DNA of 61,040 nucleotides from a virus (Duplodnaviria; Caudoviricetes). Both the position numbers and the translations under genes were made by a program. The notes beneath the pieces were generated by a model. The model made no database searches. It was given only the letters and a program-made list of their open reading frames with translations, and was not told the DNA's origin. Positions within the stretch are counted from its first letter, which is position 1, and every line of letters starts with the position of its first letter. This document shows positions 1 to 9,312 of this stretch, one piece after another. The stretch covers positions 1 through 61,040 of the IMG/VR virus record IMGVR_UViG_3300033233_000042; one strand, 5' to 3'.

Positions 1-96
1 AACAGCTACCCCGCCCATTCCGATAGCTTCTACTGTATCCACAAAAGAAGGAGTAAATTTCTCTGTGACATGATCCTTTATGAATAAAGCGTCCAT
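1..96 (-). CDS. 5' end (partial) of large internal virion/ejection protein, copy A
   Basis: Reads MDALFIKDHVTEKFTPSFVDTVEAIGMGGVAV, matching the start of the 1300-aa ORF at 37245-41147. Confidence 0.85.
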   Translation of the reverse strand, partial: MDALFIKDHVTEKFTPSFVDTVEAIGMGGVAV

Positions 97-106
97 GTTA
101 CTTTCC

Positions 107-1720
107 CTACTCTATGACTGTATATTTCGGATCCTCTAGCATCTTGTTAATGGCACCCCAGAGAGTCTTATCATTTGTGTTCTCCACAGCCTTAGTGGCT
201 ACTTCTTGTAATTGATCCATGATCTTCCTAGCTTCCGCATAGTTTCCCTTGACAATCTGTTCTTCTAGTTGTCTCTTTAGCTCAAGGAACGACTTATAGT
301 ATCCTACATCAACTTTCTTTTCTTTTCTGGGCATACTAGGAACCCTGATACCATACACAGAACCAAGCAGGGCAGCTTGTCTCCTGAGTTCTTCTGCCTT
401 CTTACTGTCGGTCTTTTCTACTTCGTCCGCTTGTCTATATAACTGATCTATCTCTTCTGCAGCCCTAGCTTTTACATCAACATGCCTTTCCCAGGCATCA
501 CCACCGCTTCTTACGACTTTCCTAGCAGCCATCATAGCGTCATGTAACATTCTCGTGTTGAATTTGAGCCACTCCAGCTTGTTCTGCTCTAACATCTTAA
601 GATTCATTAGTTTTTCCTGGTGTGAAAGCGTCATATCTTTCAATATCGCATCCCGATCGTTTCTCAGCTTTTCCAAGAGGATGTCTCCATGCAGCTTTGC
701 CTTCTCTAACTCGAATTTGAATCGCTCCAGTTGGCGCTTATATTCTTCTTCGTCCATCTCCTTCCACTGCTTCATAACACTTGGTAGAGCGCTAGTAAAC
801 CCAAGAACAGAAGTCCCACCCATACCAATTGCAGCAAGACCTGTAATAGCAATCGCAAGATTTCTGAAGAGTTCATTCTTCTTTGTTTCATCCTTGATCT
901 CATAGTTTATGAGCGGCTTATACACCTCCAGTAGCTTATCGTATATTTTGTTGGACATATCCACATACTTGCTCATTAAGTCTGCCAGCTTAACATCCGC
1001 CTCTTCTGCTTTCTTTTTGTATTCCTCTATGTTCCCTTTGAACAACTCATTGATAGCACTAACTGTAGATTGCTCGATGATGGAGGGGCTTTCTCCTCCG
1101 AGAGCGGTTGCAAGTTTCTCATGCGTGCTGGACAAGGGGGAAGTGGAAAGCTTAGGTTCAGGGCTAGGCTTAGGGATCTTACCTGTTACTACGCTTTTTC
1201 CCTTACTTACTCTTGGTGCAAAACCTCCGGTTTCATCTACAATAGGAGTGTCTTTACCAACAAGCTTTACCAGCTCCCCTAGAACCTCTTTTTCCGCATC
1301 CGAAAGTCTACCTCCAGAAGCTTCAGTGGCCATAGAATAGGCATTTGCGAAGGATTCCATAGTATATGGGAACCCGCCATATTTCATTACTTCGAGCGCC
1401 TTCTTTACTTTCTCCTCGTTAAGCTTAGACATCAACTCCTGAACTTTGGCGCTTACATCTACCTCTTGCTTCTGCTCCTGTTGCTCTTGCTTTTGCTCTT
1501 GCCGCTTGGTCTCACTAGGGGATTGAGCAGGTTTACCAAACAGTTTCTGTAGGCCATCGTCTACAAAGGATAGAGATTTCCTAACGATCTCCGCTACTGT
1601 TCCGTAAGCATCCTGGGCACCAGGCTTGGGAATTTTCCCTGTTACTACCGTCTTCCGGTCATCGTCTTTAGGAACTGCCCCTACTACTACTGCATCCCCA
1701 ATAATTCCTTCCAAAGACAT
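107..1720 (-). CDS. Putative internal virion/DNA ejection protein (537 aa), copy A
   Basis: Long ORF with coiled coils and a Gly/Ala hydrophobic stretch, located after the nozzle module. Conserved in copy B. Confidence 0.6.
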   Translation of the reverse strand: MSLEGIIGDAVVVGAVPKDDDRKTVVTGKIPKPGAQDAYGTVAEIVRKSLSFVDDGLQKLFGKPAQSPSETKRQEQKQEQQEQKQEVDVSAKVQELMSKLNEEKVKKALEVMKYGGFPYTMESFANAYSMATEASGGRLSDAEKEVLGELVKLVGKDTPIVDETGGFAPRVSKGKSVVTGKIPKPSPEPKLSTSPLSSTHEKLATALGGESPSIIEQSTVSAINELFKGNIEEYKKKAEEADVKLADLMSKYVDMSNKIYDKLLEVYKPLINYEIKDETKKNELFRNLAIAITGLAAIGMGGTSVLGFTSALPSVMKQWKEMDEEEYKRQLERFKFELEKAKLHGDILLEKLRNDRDAILKDMTLSHQEKLMNLKMLEQNKLEWLKFNTRMLHDAMMAARKVVRSGGDAWERHVDVKARAAEEIDQLYRQADEVEKTDSKKAEELRRQAALLGSVYGIRVPSMPRKEKKVDVGYYKSFLELKRQLEEQIVKGNYAEARKIMDQLQEVATKAVENTNDKTLWGAINKMLEDPKYTVIE

Positions 1721-1729
1721 GACACCCTC

Positions 1730-2332
1730 CTATGCGCCCCAAGCTGTCTTTTGCCAGTCTTCCCAGGCTTTGCTCAGACTAGAAAATCCACTAGATAGAC
1801 CCTGCATAGCTCCAGATGTGGTTGCAGCTGTTGCCTGAGTTCCAGCAAGATACCCTTGCGTAGCGGTTCCGTAGGCCTGCAGTTCCCTGGTCAAAATATC
1901 AATATCCGCTTCTGCTAGCCCCTGCTGACTAAGAGCTGTCTTTAGCTGTTGATTCAGAAGATCATAATAAGTGTTCTGATACCATCTGTCCAACTCAGCC
2001 TTCGCCTGCAAAGCTACGGAGGAATTAGCTAACCCCCTAGCACTAAGATTGGACATGACCTGCTCATACTTCTGTCTATATGCTTCATCTAGCATGTTCT
2101 TATACTGAGGTAACAACTGTCCAGCACGATACTGCTCTAGAGCCTGGGCTATATTCTGTCTGGCTTGCTCAGAGAGACCACTGATAGAAGGGAGTCTAGC
2201 CCGGATTTGACTGAAGACCTCCCTTGGAATTTTCGGGCTAGGAGGCTTCGGAGCGTTTATAAGCCCATAAATAGACGTCCCTATTGCTGTTAAACCTGCT
2301 ATTGCTGTAATTATTGGTGCTACTGCCGCCAT
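1730..2332 (-). CDS. Putative ejection protein (200 aa), copy A
   Basis: Hydrophobic Ala/Gly N-terminus and Gln/Ala-rich helical body typical of podovirus ejection proteins; synteny. Confidence 0.6.
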   Translation of the reverse strand: MAAVAPIITAIAGLTAIGTSIYGLINAPKPPSPKIPREVFSQIRARLPSISGLSEQARQNIAQALEQYRAGQLLPQYKNMLDEAYRQKYEQVMSNLSARGLANSSVALQAKAELDRWYQNTYYDLLNQQLKTALSQQGLAEADIDILTRELQAYGTATQGYLAGTQATAATTSGAMQGLSSGFSSLSKAWEDWQKTAWGA

Positions 2333-2335
2333 GGC

Positions 2336-2848
2336 TTATCCTCCATACCATTTTCTAAACTGCTCTTCTATGTCAAACCCTTGTATTCCAAGTTCGGCCA
2401 TAGATCTATTGATACCCTCTTTCCATTCCTGCCACGACTTCTGTATATTACTAAAGTCGAGGTGAGAGCCAAATCTCCTGGATCCTTCTGTCGCAAGCTT
2501 AAATGTTTGATAAGCCTCCGGAGAACTGACGGTAGAAGCAATCTCTTGCGCAACAGGAGCTGTTCTCTGTTGATATGATTGTATATTCTTCTGCAAAGAA
2601 GACTGGAAGAAATCCCTAAGATTACTATAATCTCCGATTGCTCCCGTGGTTTGTGTTCTCTCTCCGTATGTCAACGCCTTCTGGAAGGCAGGACTTACCT
2701 TTTCACTATACTGCTTCATTAGAGCGCTCATTACCGTAGTATACAGATCAGAAGCAACATTGGGCGATGGACTAGAGGAGGAAATTCTCTGCATGAACTC
2801 CTGATATTCCTTCTGCCACTGTGGTATATGTGGTTTTCTCGCTCCCAT
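2336..2848 (-). CDS. Hypothetical virion-associated protein (170 aa), copy A
   Basis: AGGAGG RBS; conserved in copy B. Confidence 0.7.
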   Translation of the reverse strand: MGARKPHIPQWQKEYQEFMQRISSSSPSPNVASDLYTTVMSALMKQYSEKVSPAFQKALTYGERTQTTGAIGDYSNLRDFFQSSLQKNIQSYQQRTAPVAQEIASTVSSPEAYQTFKLATEGSRRFGSHLDFSNIQKSWQEWKEGINRSMAELGIQGFDIEEQFRKWYGG

Positions 2849-3182
2849 TTCTTATCCTCCTTAAGACCCATTTTCTGGCTTTGCTGTCCCAGTAGAGTAG
2901 ATGAGTAAACATTTCTTTCCCTAACCTAAGAAGGGACAGCACGTCTTTTATATCTTTTATACTTCCCCAGAAATGATATACTAGTCCCACTTCGCCTTCA
3001 AGTCTTAAGTCGTCTAGATAAAAATCCTGCGTTTCAACTATCCTTTTTGCGGTCTCTAGATCTGTTCTGCAGTAGACAACAAGAAAATCCCTATGGGCGA
3101 AGTAGAGACCGTTCTTAAGCATAGCATCAATTAACTCGAAGATTATCTTGTTCTGTTCTAGATGATATAGATACCTTTCCAC
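2772..3182 (-). CDS. Hypothetical protein (136 aa), copy A
   Basis: Conserved ORF in both copies. Confidence 0.65.
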   Translation of the reverse strand: MERYLYHLEQNKIIFELIDAMLKNGLYFAHRDFLVVYCRTDLETAKRIVETQDFYLDDLRLEGEVGLVYHFWGSIKDIKDVLSLLRLGKEMFTHLLYWDSKARKWVLRRIRNGSEKTTYTTVAEGISGVHAENFLL

Positions 3183-3750
3183 CCTTTAACCTCCTGAATT
3201 GCTCAGCTAAACAATCATATTGCAATACAAAGAACTTATGGATATCATCGCTAGTTAGAAAAGAACAAGCTCTATAAACCACCAACATTTTATAGACTTC
3301 TGGGATAAGATCATCTTTCTCTTCTTCATCGCTCTCTTTCTCAAATCGCTTAAACCATGGTAAGTAAACAACATCTAGAACGCCTTTGTAGATCCCAGCT
3401 GGAATCAAAATAATTCTGCCACCTTCTAGCCGATATCCACACGGATATATCTCTCTATCAAACAATCCCTTGCGCACTTCCGCTTGTATCCCCGGGGTAT
3501 CCAGCAACTTAACCCTTACGTCAGGAAACTGATAAGACGTAAAATAGACTCTCTTGGGAATACCTACAAAGCCGTCCACACCCCATCCATTTACCACGAA
3601 GGAACAACCATCATACAACTCCATGTCGCTCGCAACCCACAGTCTGGCAGAATTGATTGCTTCCACTAACCTGATTTCATCTATGCCCAGTTCTCGTGGT
3701 TCAATAAATACCCTAATACTTCTCAGATAATCACCAAGCCTAACTGACAT
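3127..3750 (-). CDS. Head-tail adaptor-like protein 2 (207 aa), copy A
   Basis: N-terminal helices (LVEAINSARLWVA) and C-terminal DDLIPE..LVVYRA pattern, resembling the 206-aa protein at 6127-6747. Confidence 0.5.
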   Translation of the reverse strand: MSVRLGDYLRSIRVFIEPRELGIDEIRLVEAINSARLWVASDMELYDGCSFVVNGWGVDGFVGIPKRVYFTSYQFPDVRVKLLDTPGIQAEVRKGLFDREIYPCGYRLEGGRIILIPAGIYKGVLDVVYLPWFKRFEKESDEEEKDDLIPEVYKMLVVYRACSFLTSDDIHKFFVLQYDCLAEQFRRLKGGKVSISSRTEQDNLRVN

Positions 3751-4114
3751 TGTATTCCTCCGATAACTGTTGAAACACTGCGTCTATATCCTGATGCATT
3801 ATATATTCTACCATCTTAAGTTGCTCAAAGGAACCAGCAGGTAAAATCTTTGGTATAAAGATAACAGGAACAGGAAGAGACGCTAGAACAGAATGTAACG
3901 TATCGTTCAAGAACTGATGAAACTGAAGATTGATCTGTATGAACTCTCTCTGATCTCTTACTTCTCTTAATATAAGCTCGAAAGGAAGAATTGTTGGGAC
4001 ATTCAGATTCAGAGAGCGAATGATCGCATTCGTAGTCTCAACAAAGCCAATATGATCTTGCGTAGCATTCTCAATAAATTTAAGCTCATCATCCTCTATC
4101 TTGACCCTAACCAT
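3740..4114 (-). CDS. Hypothetical virion protein (124 aa), copy A
   Basis: Conserved ORF directly downstream of the nozzle-like gene. Confidence 0.7.
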   Translation of the reverse strand: MVRVKIEDDELKFIENATQDHIGFVETTNAIIRSLNLNVPTILPFELILREVRDQREFIQINLQFHQFLNDTLHSVLASLPVPVIFIPKILPAGSFEQLKMVEYIMHQDIDAVFQQLSEEYNVS

Positions 4115-6123
4115 GCTGGAGTCTGCCCATAGAAGTAGTTGATTTCTCCAAGCAGAGTAAGCTTCATTTTGATAAAGTGAACATACATAAACACATCAGA
4201 ATCCTCCGAGAGCTCTAACCAGAGGTAAACGCCTTTCTTTTGCAGTGCAGGTTTATATCCAACCAGGTCAGTGTAGTATTGGACGAGCCTTTCAAAGACA
4301 TACTCATCATCGAATCCGACCTTTATTGGACAGGCCACATTAGTCTTTATGAGTATCTCTCGTATATATTTGTATCTCTTGATGCCGAGATCAAACGGAC
4401 ATAATCTGACTGTCATCGGATAATACGTAGTCTGACTGAACATCACATGTAATGCCACAGTCCCTGTTTGGCCAGGATATGGATATCCGACTAGAGAGCA
4501 ATTCTCGCCGTTGGGATTTGTGAAACTTCGTATTGCCCGAAAAGGAAGCTGAAACCATACGTCATATTCTATGCAGTAACAGAGCGTAAGGTCATTATAT
4601 CTATACGGAATAGCTAGACAATTCTTATCCTCAAACATAAACGTTCCAGCTTTGAAATGATCTAATAACGGAACCTGATCTGCAACAAGATTATCTATCC
4701 GCTCCAATGTATTCGTCCTGAGCTTGTATATTCCAGTTTTATCCACAAGGAAGATCAGGTCTCGTATCACCATTAGAGTCGAGTTAGAAAACGGCATCAG
4801 AATACCCGTGTCCAGGAGGTAAAAACTGGAAGGAATATTCGATGCCACACTAGCAGAGAGAATGAATAGGTTGCCGTCTGTGAACACATAAAGCATATCG
4901 TTGATGACGTAGAGCCAGCTTATCCAAGAGACCGTTGGATGTGTAATAAGTATATATCCCCCACCCTCGGTAGAAAGAAAAACATCCTTTGGTGGAGTCC
5001 CAGAAGTCCAAGCAAGACCACCGGTGTCAGCAAGCGTGGTAGATGTTGTTTCTACATATTGCCCCTCTCCGCCGCTTGTCGTCCCTCTCCAGACACGATA
5101 TTTAACAGCGCCAGACGGAGCATCCCACGTTAAAACAACTGTCCCGTTCTCTACGAAATTGGCATTCACCCAAGTGAGAGTTCCATTATCTACAAGAGAT
5201 GTTCCTGTGACGTCTACATACTGATTCTCCTGCCCAGCTGATGTTCCTCTCCACACTCTGTATCTAGATACACCTTCGACAGGAGACCAAGAGAGAGTCA
5301 CTGTCTTATTTGTGTTATCGGTCGTAGCAGATACTTCATTTGTAGCTCTATGAACATTATTTGCATCATCTAGGGAAGAGACACGGTAGTAATACGTCCC
5401 TGCCGCAAGATTCCCGCCAGCAGAAGCCAGTATAGTTAAATTTGTAGGGGCGACGTATATCGTAGCCTTAACTTCCACGCTGAGTCCTGTCCACCCACCA
5501 TCGCCGGCACTAGCAGAGATCTTATAATAATAGGTTCCTGTTAAATTGCCTCCAGAGGCATAATTTACCTTGGGATTTTGGGGAACCGTAGTATTGGTAG
5601 CAAAGTTTGTCTTGCTTACATCCTGAAAATCTACCGAGGAAAAGTAGAGCGTTTTACCATTGGCCACAAAGAGGCGACCTCGATAGACGCAAGCTCTATC
5701 ACCATTTGCAGTGTTGTATGTTGAAAGAAGAGTTCCATCTCGTTTAAATCTATAAATCTTGCTATTGGTAGTAACAAAAAAGAGCAGGTCATCATATCCA
5801 CCTGCCCACTGAACATCCTCATCTACCGTCACCTTAATAGACGTCTTGTTAACTGTATCTACAACCTCGCAGGACTTACCGAGCCAGAGATAAGCATACC
5901 TTCCATCGTTGTTGAACCCATTCAGAGCACCAAAAGAAGAAGTGAAGAAGGCGGTGCTCTTAGGAACTTTCTTCCACCCGAGCTTGAGGTCTGGCATGGC
6001 CGTGAGTTTCTGGCACATCCCAGGTTTGGTTGTGGCATCTCCAACATTAGTTGCCAATCCCAGGATGTGGAAGTCTTGTTCAACATTTTGAACAATCTCG
6101 CTCTGCTTCCTTCGCTTAGCCAT
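4096..6123 (-). CDS. Tail nozzle/stabilisation protein (P22 gp10-like) with inserted Ig/Fn3-like modules (675 aa), copy A
   Basis: Beta-propeller-like segments (YRGRLFVANGKTLYFSS, LYVINDMLYVFTD), size and position after the adaptor. Central GTYYY..W..YRVWRG repeats. Confidence 0.65.
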   Translation of the reverse strand: MAKRRKQSEIVQNVEQDFHILGLATNVGDATTKPGMCQKLTAMPDLKLGWKKVPKSTAFFTSSFGALNGFNNDGRYAYLWLGKSCEVVDTVNKTSIKVTVDEDVQWAGGYDDLLFFVTTNSKIYRFKRDGTLLSTYNTANGDRACVYRGRLFVANGKTLYFSSVDFQDVSKTNFATNTTVPQNPKVNYASGGNLTGTYYYKISASAGDGGWTGLSVEVKATIYVAPTNLTILASAGGNLAAGTYYYRVSSLDDANNVHRATNEVSATTDNTNKTVTLSWSPVEGVSRYRVWRGTSAGQENQYVDVTGTSLVDNGTLTWVNANFVENGTVVLTWDAPSGAVKYRVWRGTTSGGEGQYVETTSTTLADTGGLAWTSGTPPKDVFLSTEGGGYILITHPTVSWISWLYVINDMLYVFTDGNLFILSASVASNIPSSFYLLDTGILMPFSNSTLMVIRDLIFLVDKTGIYKLRTNTLERIDNLVADQVPLLDHFKAGTFMFEDKNCLAIPYRYNDLTLCYCIEYDVWFQLPFRAIRSFTNPNGENCSLVGYPYPGQTGTVALHVMFSQTTYYPMTVRLCPFDLGIKRYKYIREILIKTNVACPIKVGFDDEYVFERLVQYYTDLVGYKPALQKKGVYLWLELSEDSDVFMYVHFIKMKLTLLGEINYFYGQTPAWLGSR

Positions 6124-6126
6124 GTC

Positions 6127-6747
6127 CTAGCCTCTCGCTCGAACACTTCTGAAAAGCTCCATCTTCCACTGGTTATTAAAGAACTCTGCCAGAGTGAACT
6201 GCATATCATTCATAGCAAGCATATAAGCCATACGGAGAGCAACACAATCTAACAACTCGTCTGGGATAAGATCCTCCTGATCATAGAGATTATACATTTG
6301 ACTGACCAAAGGCGTATAGAGTATGTCGATATACTCATTCTCTTGGTGATTCCAGGTAGACGGAACAATAGATACTGTCTTCTCGACTTGATCGTATATA
6401 TACCCAATCGGTTCTACATCCTTTATAACATCGTCATAAGTAACCTGATCTAGCTTCTTAACATAGTTCCTATCCGGATTCACATAATACACACGCCACA
6501 CCCTAGAGATATTAGTAAGAGGGGCGTTACCAAGAATATACCAGGTGGTATAGAGATTCCATGTAGGACGGTCAAACCACCTAGCATATTTGTTAACGGA
6601 AGAATGCGTGCTCTTCTTGAGGCAAAAATTATCCGCTACATCCTGTCTGGCTTTATTGAGGATTCTATACAAAAGAGGTGATTCATCGTAGGCGACAGGA
6701 TAAAAATCAAACAGCCTACGGAAATAATCAGCCGCCGTTAGGCTCAT
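6127..6747 (-). CDS. Head-tail adaptor-like protein 1 (206 aa), copy A
   Basis: Position between capsid and nozzle; LYRILNKARQDVA and EDLIPDELLDCVALRMAY patterns. Confidence 0.55.
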   Translation of the reverse strand: MSLTAADYFRRLFDFYPVAYDESPLLYRILNKARQDVADNFCLKKSTHSSVNKYARWFDRPTWNLYTTWYILGNAPLTNISRVWRVYYVNPDRNYVKKLDQVTYDDVIKDVEPIGYIYDQVEKTVSIVPSTWNHQENEYIDILYTPLVSQMYNLYDQEDLIPDELLDCVALRMAYMLAMNDMQFTLAEFFNNQWKMELFRSVRARG

Positions 6748-7067
6748 GCCTTCCTAGTCCGTCTCTCTATTACCTTTCCTGTCTCAAACTGCAAACCCTT
6801 TAAGTAATCAATAGTCACAATATTGACTTTATCTGCATCTGGATCGTCCTTAAGCTCTTTCATTACAGCAGGCTCAAACTTCAAGAACTCGAGCCTCTTT
6901 CTGCATACGTCGTAATGATGATCGTCGGTAGCCCCATAGCCCAGGAACTCCACACAGAGAGCATCTGGGACTACCGTGTCTGCATTTGGGTCTAATTCGT
7001 ATATCTTCCCATCCGTTCTATCAAAGAGGATGAGCCTCCTGTCCTGATTCTTAACTATCATGCCCAA
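6744..7067 (-). CDS. Hypothetical protein (107 aa), copy A
   Basis: Conserved ORF downstream of the capsid gene. Confidence 0.7.
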   Translation of the reverse strand: MGMIVKNQDRRLILFDRTDGKIYELDPNADTVVPDALCVEFLGYGATDDHHYDVCRKRLEFLKFEPAVMKELKDDPDADKVNIVTIDYLKGLQFETGKVIERRTRKA

Positions 7068-7076
7068 TCTCCTCTG

Positions 7077-8141
7077 TTAGAGGTTCATGCTAGGAACACC
7101 CTTAATCACCAAATGCGCCTTTGGACGCTCAGACCACAACTGACCACCAATCAAGAACACGCTCAGCCAAGAGAGTTTAGCATTGATATACTCTGGTTGC
7201 CATTCGGTCGTGTAGAAGCTGAACGGGCTAGCAAAAGTGAAGTGGATATTGTTCAGATTAAGATAAATGATATCGCCAACATAGTTACCGCCACCAGCAT
7301 CGTATGGGCTAAGATAAGGATCCGGAAAGACCGGGACACCACCAACAATAACACCCTTCACGGTATGCTCTCTTACCTCGGTAATCTCTGCTACATGCCC
7401 GACATTGTATCTCTCAAGCGGAGTAAAGGACTCGATAATCTTTTGGAATGTAGCATAGTCAGTAAATCCACAAGAAGGCAAACCGAATATGTTCCCAACA
7501 TTTTTCATGTATTTGTTCACGCCTCTCTCAATACCCTGGTAGACGTTGGAAGCGTTGCCAAGATCGGTAGCATATGAATATTGAGTCCCAACCCACCAGG
7601 TATAAGTTGTCCTGTCTAGCTCACCAAATACACCAGAAATTCCAACCACATCGAGAATACCGTAAAACTCTTTGTCGTTTGTTCTGGATCTAATAAGATC
7701 GTTCGTAAGCTTTGCAAAGGTCTGAAGTCCGATATCGCTTACCTTAATTGCTAACTCATTTACAACCTTGTTTGGAGAGTCCGCTTGGGCAATCTCGAAC
7801 TCGTTCAATCTGATGGTATTGCCCATCACAGCAGGTTCAAAGATGGCATTTATTGTTTCTGCATTGAAATCGTTGATCGTAAAGTTACCGCTGGTATCGA
7901 GATACTGTGGGCTAGGAGAGCTGAGGTCAGGATAGACCGGCTGAACAATAAAAGCAGCCTGGAACGGTCTCTGATCCGCTCTCTCAAGGATAAGTCTCAC
8001 CATCGGTGAGATCTTAGGAAGATTCTGTGCCACTGCATAGGCAATAAAGTTTCTCCTAGTTGTGTCTAAGAAGCGTTTAAGCTGTGAAGAGTCTTGAAAA
8101 ACTCCACCGGTTAAGAACGGAATATTTACTGTCGTTGCCAT
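7077..8141 (-). CDS. Major capsid protein (354 aa), copy A
   Basis: Size, position after scaffold, C-terminal GVPVFPDPY..IIYLN..GQLW pattern, and only about a dozen substitutions between copies. Confidence 0.75.
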   Translation of the reverse strand: MATTVNIPFLTGGVFQDSSQLKRFLDTTRRNFIAYAVAQNLPKISPMVRLILERADQRPFQAAFIVQPVYPDLSSPSPQYLDTSGNFTINDFNAETINAIFEPAVMGNTIRLNEFEIAQADSPNKVVNELAIKVSDIGLQTFAKLTNDLIRSRTNDKEFYGILDVVGISGVFGELDRTTYTWWVGTQYSYATDLGNASNVYQGIERGVNKYMKNVGNIFGLPSCGFTDYATFQKIIESFTPLERYNVGHVAEITEVREHTVKGVIVGGVPVFPDPYLSPYDAGGGNYVGDIIYLNLNNIHFTFASPFSFYTTEWQPEYINAKLSWLSVFLIGGQLWSERPKAHLVIKGVPSMNL

Positions 8142-8150
8142 CTCTCTCTA

Positions 8151-8639
8151 TTACCTCCCTAACATTGATAATACATCTTCCATGAGCTTGTCCTTCCCAT
8201 CAATGCCAGAGTATCTCTTTATTACATCATCATCTTGTCTAGCACGAATGGGAAGGCTATTTCTCGATTTTTGAAGTCTTTCGCTCACATACAAACGAAC
8301 AGCCGTCTCGAAATTGATGATTCCGTTCTGCTTAGCAAAATCCAGAACATCTTGGAAATCGTCTCTAGAGAGACCATAACTCTCGAGAACCTTGATAAAC
8401 TGTTCTTCCTTTCGAGCCTTCTCCTGTTCCTCCAATTTCCTTTTTAGATTATCAATCTCTCCATCATACTGTTCCTTTATTCGCTTGACCTCTTTTTCAT
8501 ACGGAGGTTCAGGTAAGCTTATACCGAACTTATCCAGGAGGGTCTTCAAATGCGGACGAAGATCGGGATCCTCGTAGGCGCTCCTGATAAACTCCTGTAT
8601 CTCCCGCAATTGCTGTTCTGGAGCTTTCGTATCTTCCAT
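8151..8639 (-). CDS. Capsid scaffolding protein (162 aa), copy A
   Basis: Charged coiled-coil protein immediately upstream of the capsid gene. Confidence 0.6.
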   Translation of the reverse strand: MEDTKAPEQQLREIQEFIRSAYEDPDLRPHLKTLLDKFGISLPEPPYEKEVKRIKEQYDGEIDNLKRKLEEQEKARKEEQFIKVLESYGLSRDDFQDVLDFAKQNGIINFETAVRLYVSERLQKSRNSLPIRARQDDDVIKRYSGIDGKDKLMEDVLSMLGR

Positions 8640-8648
8640 AACCTACTC

Positions 8649-8819
8649 CTACTTGCTTTGAGCAACAGGTTTGTCTATCTTAATGTTCTTCCTATACTTA
8701 CTAAACAGCCCATCATTGGGCTCGCTATTTCGGGGATTATATCCCCAGTAATCACCCGTTACATACCCGCTGTATTTTCCTGGGTTAATTTTCTGAGTCC
8801 CTTTGCCTTTAGTAGCCAT
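8649..8819 (-). CDS. Small protein, 56 aa (MATKGKGTQKINPGKY...VAQSK), not in ORF track, copy A
   Basis: AGGAGG RBS, fills the intergenic gap, and a same-length ORF is conserved at 49702-49872. Confidence 0.75.
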   Translation of the reverse strand: MATKGKGTQKINPGKYSGYVTGDYWGYNPRNSEPNDGLFSKYRKNIKIDKPVAQSK

Positions 8820-8829
8820 GTTATCCTCC

Positions 8830-9165
8830 TTACATTCCTATTGGCGTTGCACCAGCACCAGGCGGTGGAGTCGGTGTTGGCGTAGACCCTCCAGGTGGGA
8901 TTCCACCCGCCCCAGGAGGCATGCCAGCCTGGGCACCTTGCACAGCCTGTGCCGCCTTTGCTAATTTCTGATCCGCATCCGGCACTACCTTACTGAGTTT
9001 CTTAAGACAATCTAGGCAGACCTGCCCTTTCTCGGAGGTAGAAGAATAGATGCCGAGAGCCTCTTCTAACCCTTTGATGCACATAGCCACCACTATGTCG
9101 GCATATTCTTCCATCCCGATTGGGCCTCCAGTTGCTCCCATCTGTGGTGCCATTTCTCCATTCAT
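8830..9165 (-). CDS. Hypothetical head-module protein with Pro/Gly-rich tail (111 aa), copy A
   Basis: AGGAGG RBS; conserved core in copy B. Confidence 0.7.
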   Translation of the reverse strand: MNGEMAPQMGATGGPIGMEEYADIVVAMCIKGLEEALGIYSSTSEKGQVCLDCLKKLSKVVPDADQKLAKAAQAVQGAQAGMPPGAGGIPPGGSTPTPTPPPGAGATPIGM

Positions 9166-9180
9166 ATCATCCTCCTATTC

Positions 9181-9312
9181 TGGGGGAGAGAACTAACTAC
9201 TAGACGTATATGTGCTCGCTACTTGCGAGCTTTGCGTCGTGCTTTACGTCTAGTCCTTCTGGCCATCTACTATTCCTCCTTATCTCAACCATATAGTTAG
9301 TTCTCTCCCCCA
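9181..9312. repeat. Perfect 19-bp inverted repeat (9181-9199 / 9294-9312) enclosing a mini-gene
   Basis: TGGGGGAGAGAACTAACTA ... TAGTTAGTTCTCTCCCCCA. Confidence 0.9.
9219..9266 (-). CDS. Protamine-like 15-aa peptide MARRTRRKARRKARK, not in ORF track, copy A
   Basis: AGGAGG RBS upstream, ATG to TAG, conserved in copy B with one K>R and one synonymous change. Confidence 0.75.
   Translation of the reverse strand: MARRTRRKARRKARK

Noticed and set aside
9181-9312. MITE or transposon ends
   Set aside because: No target-site duplication or transposase, and the element is fixed at the same site in both copies with a conserved ORF.
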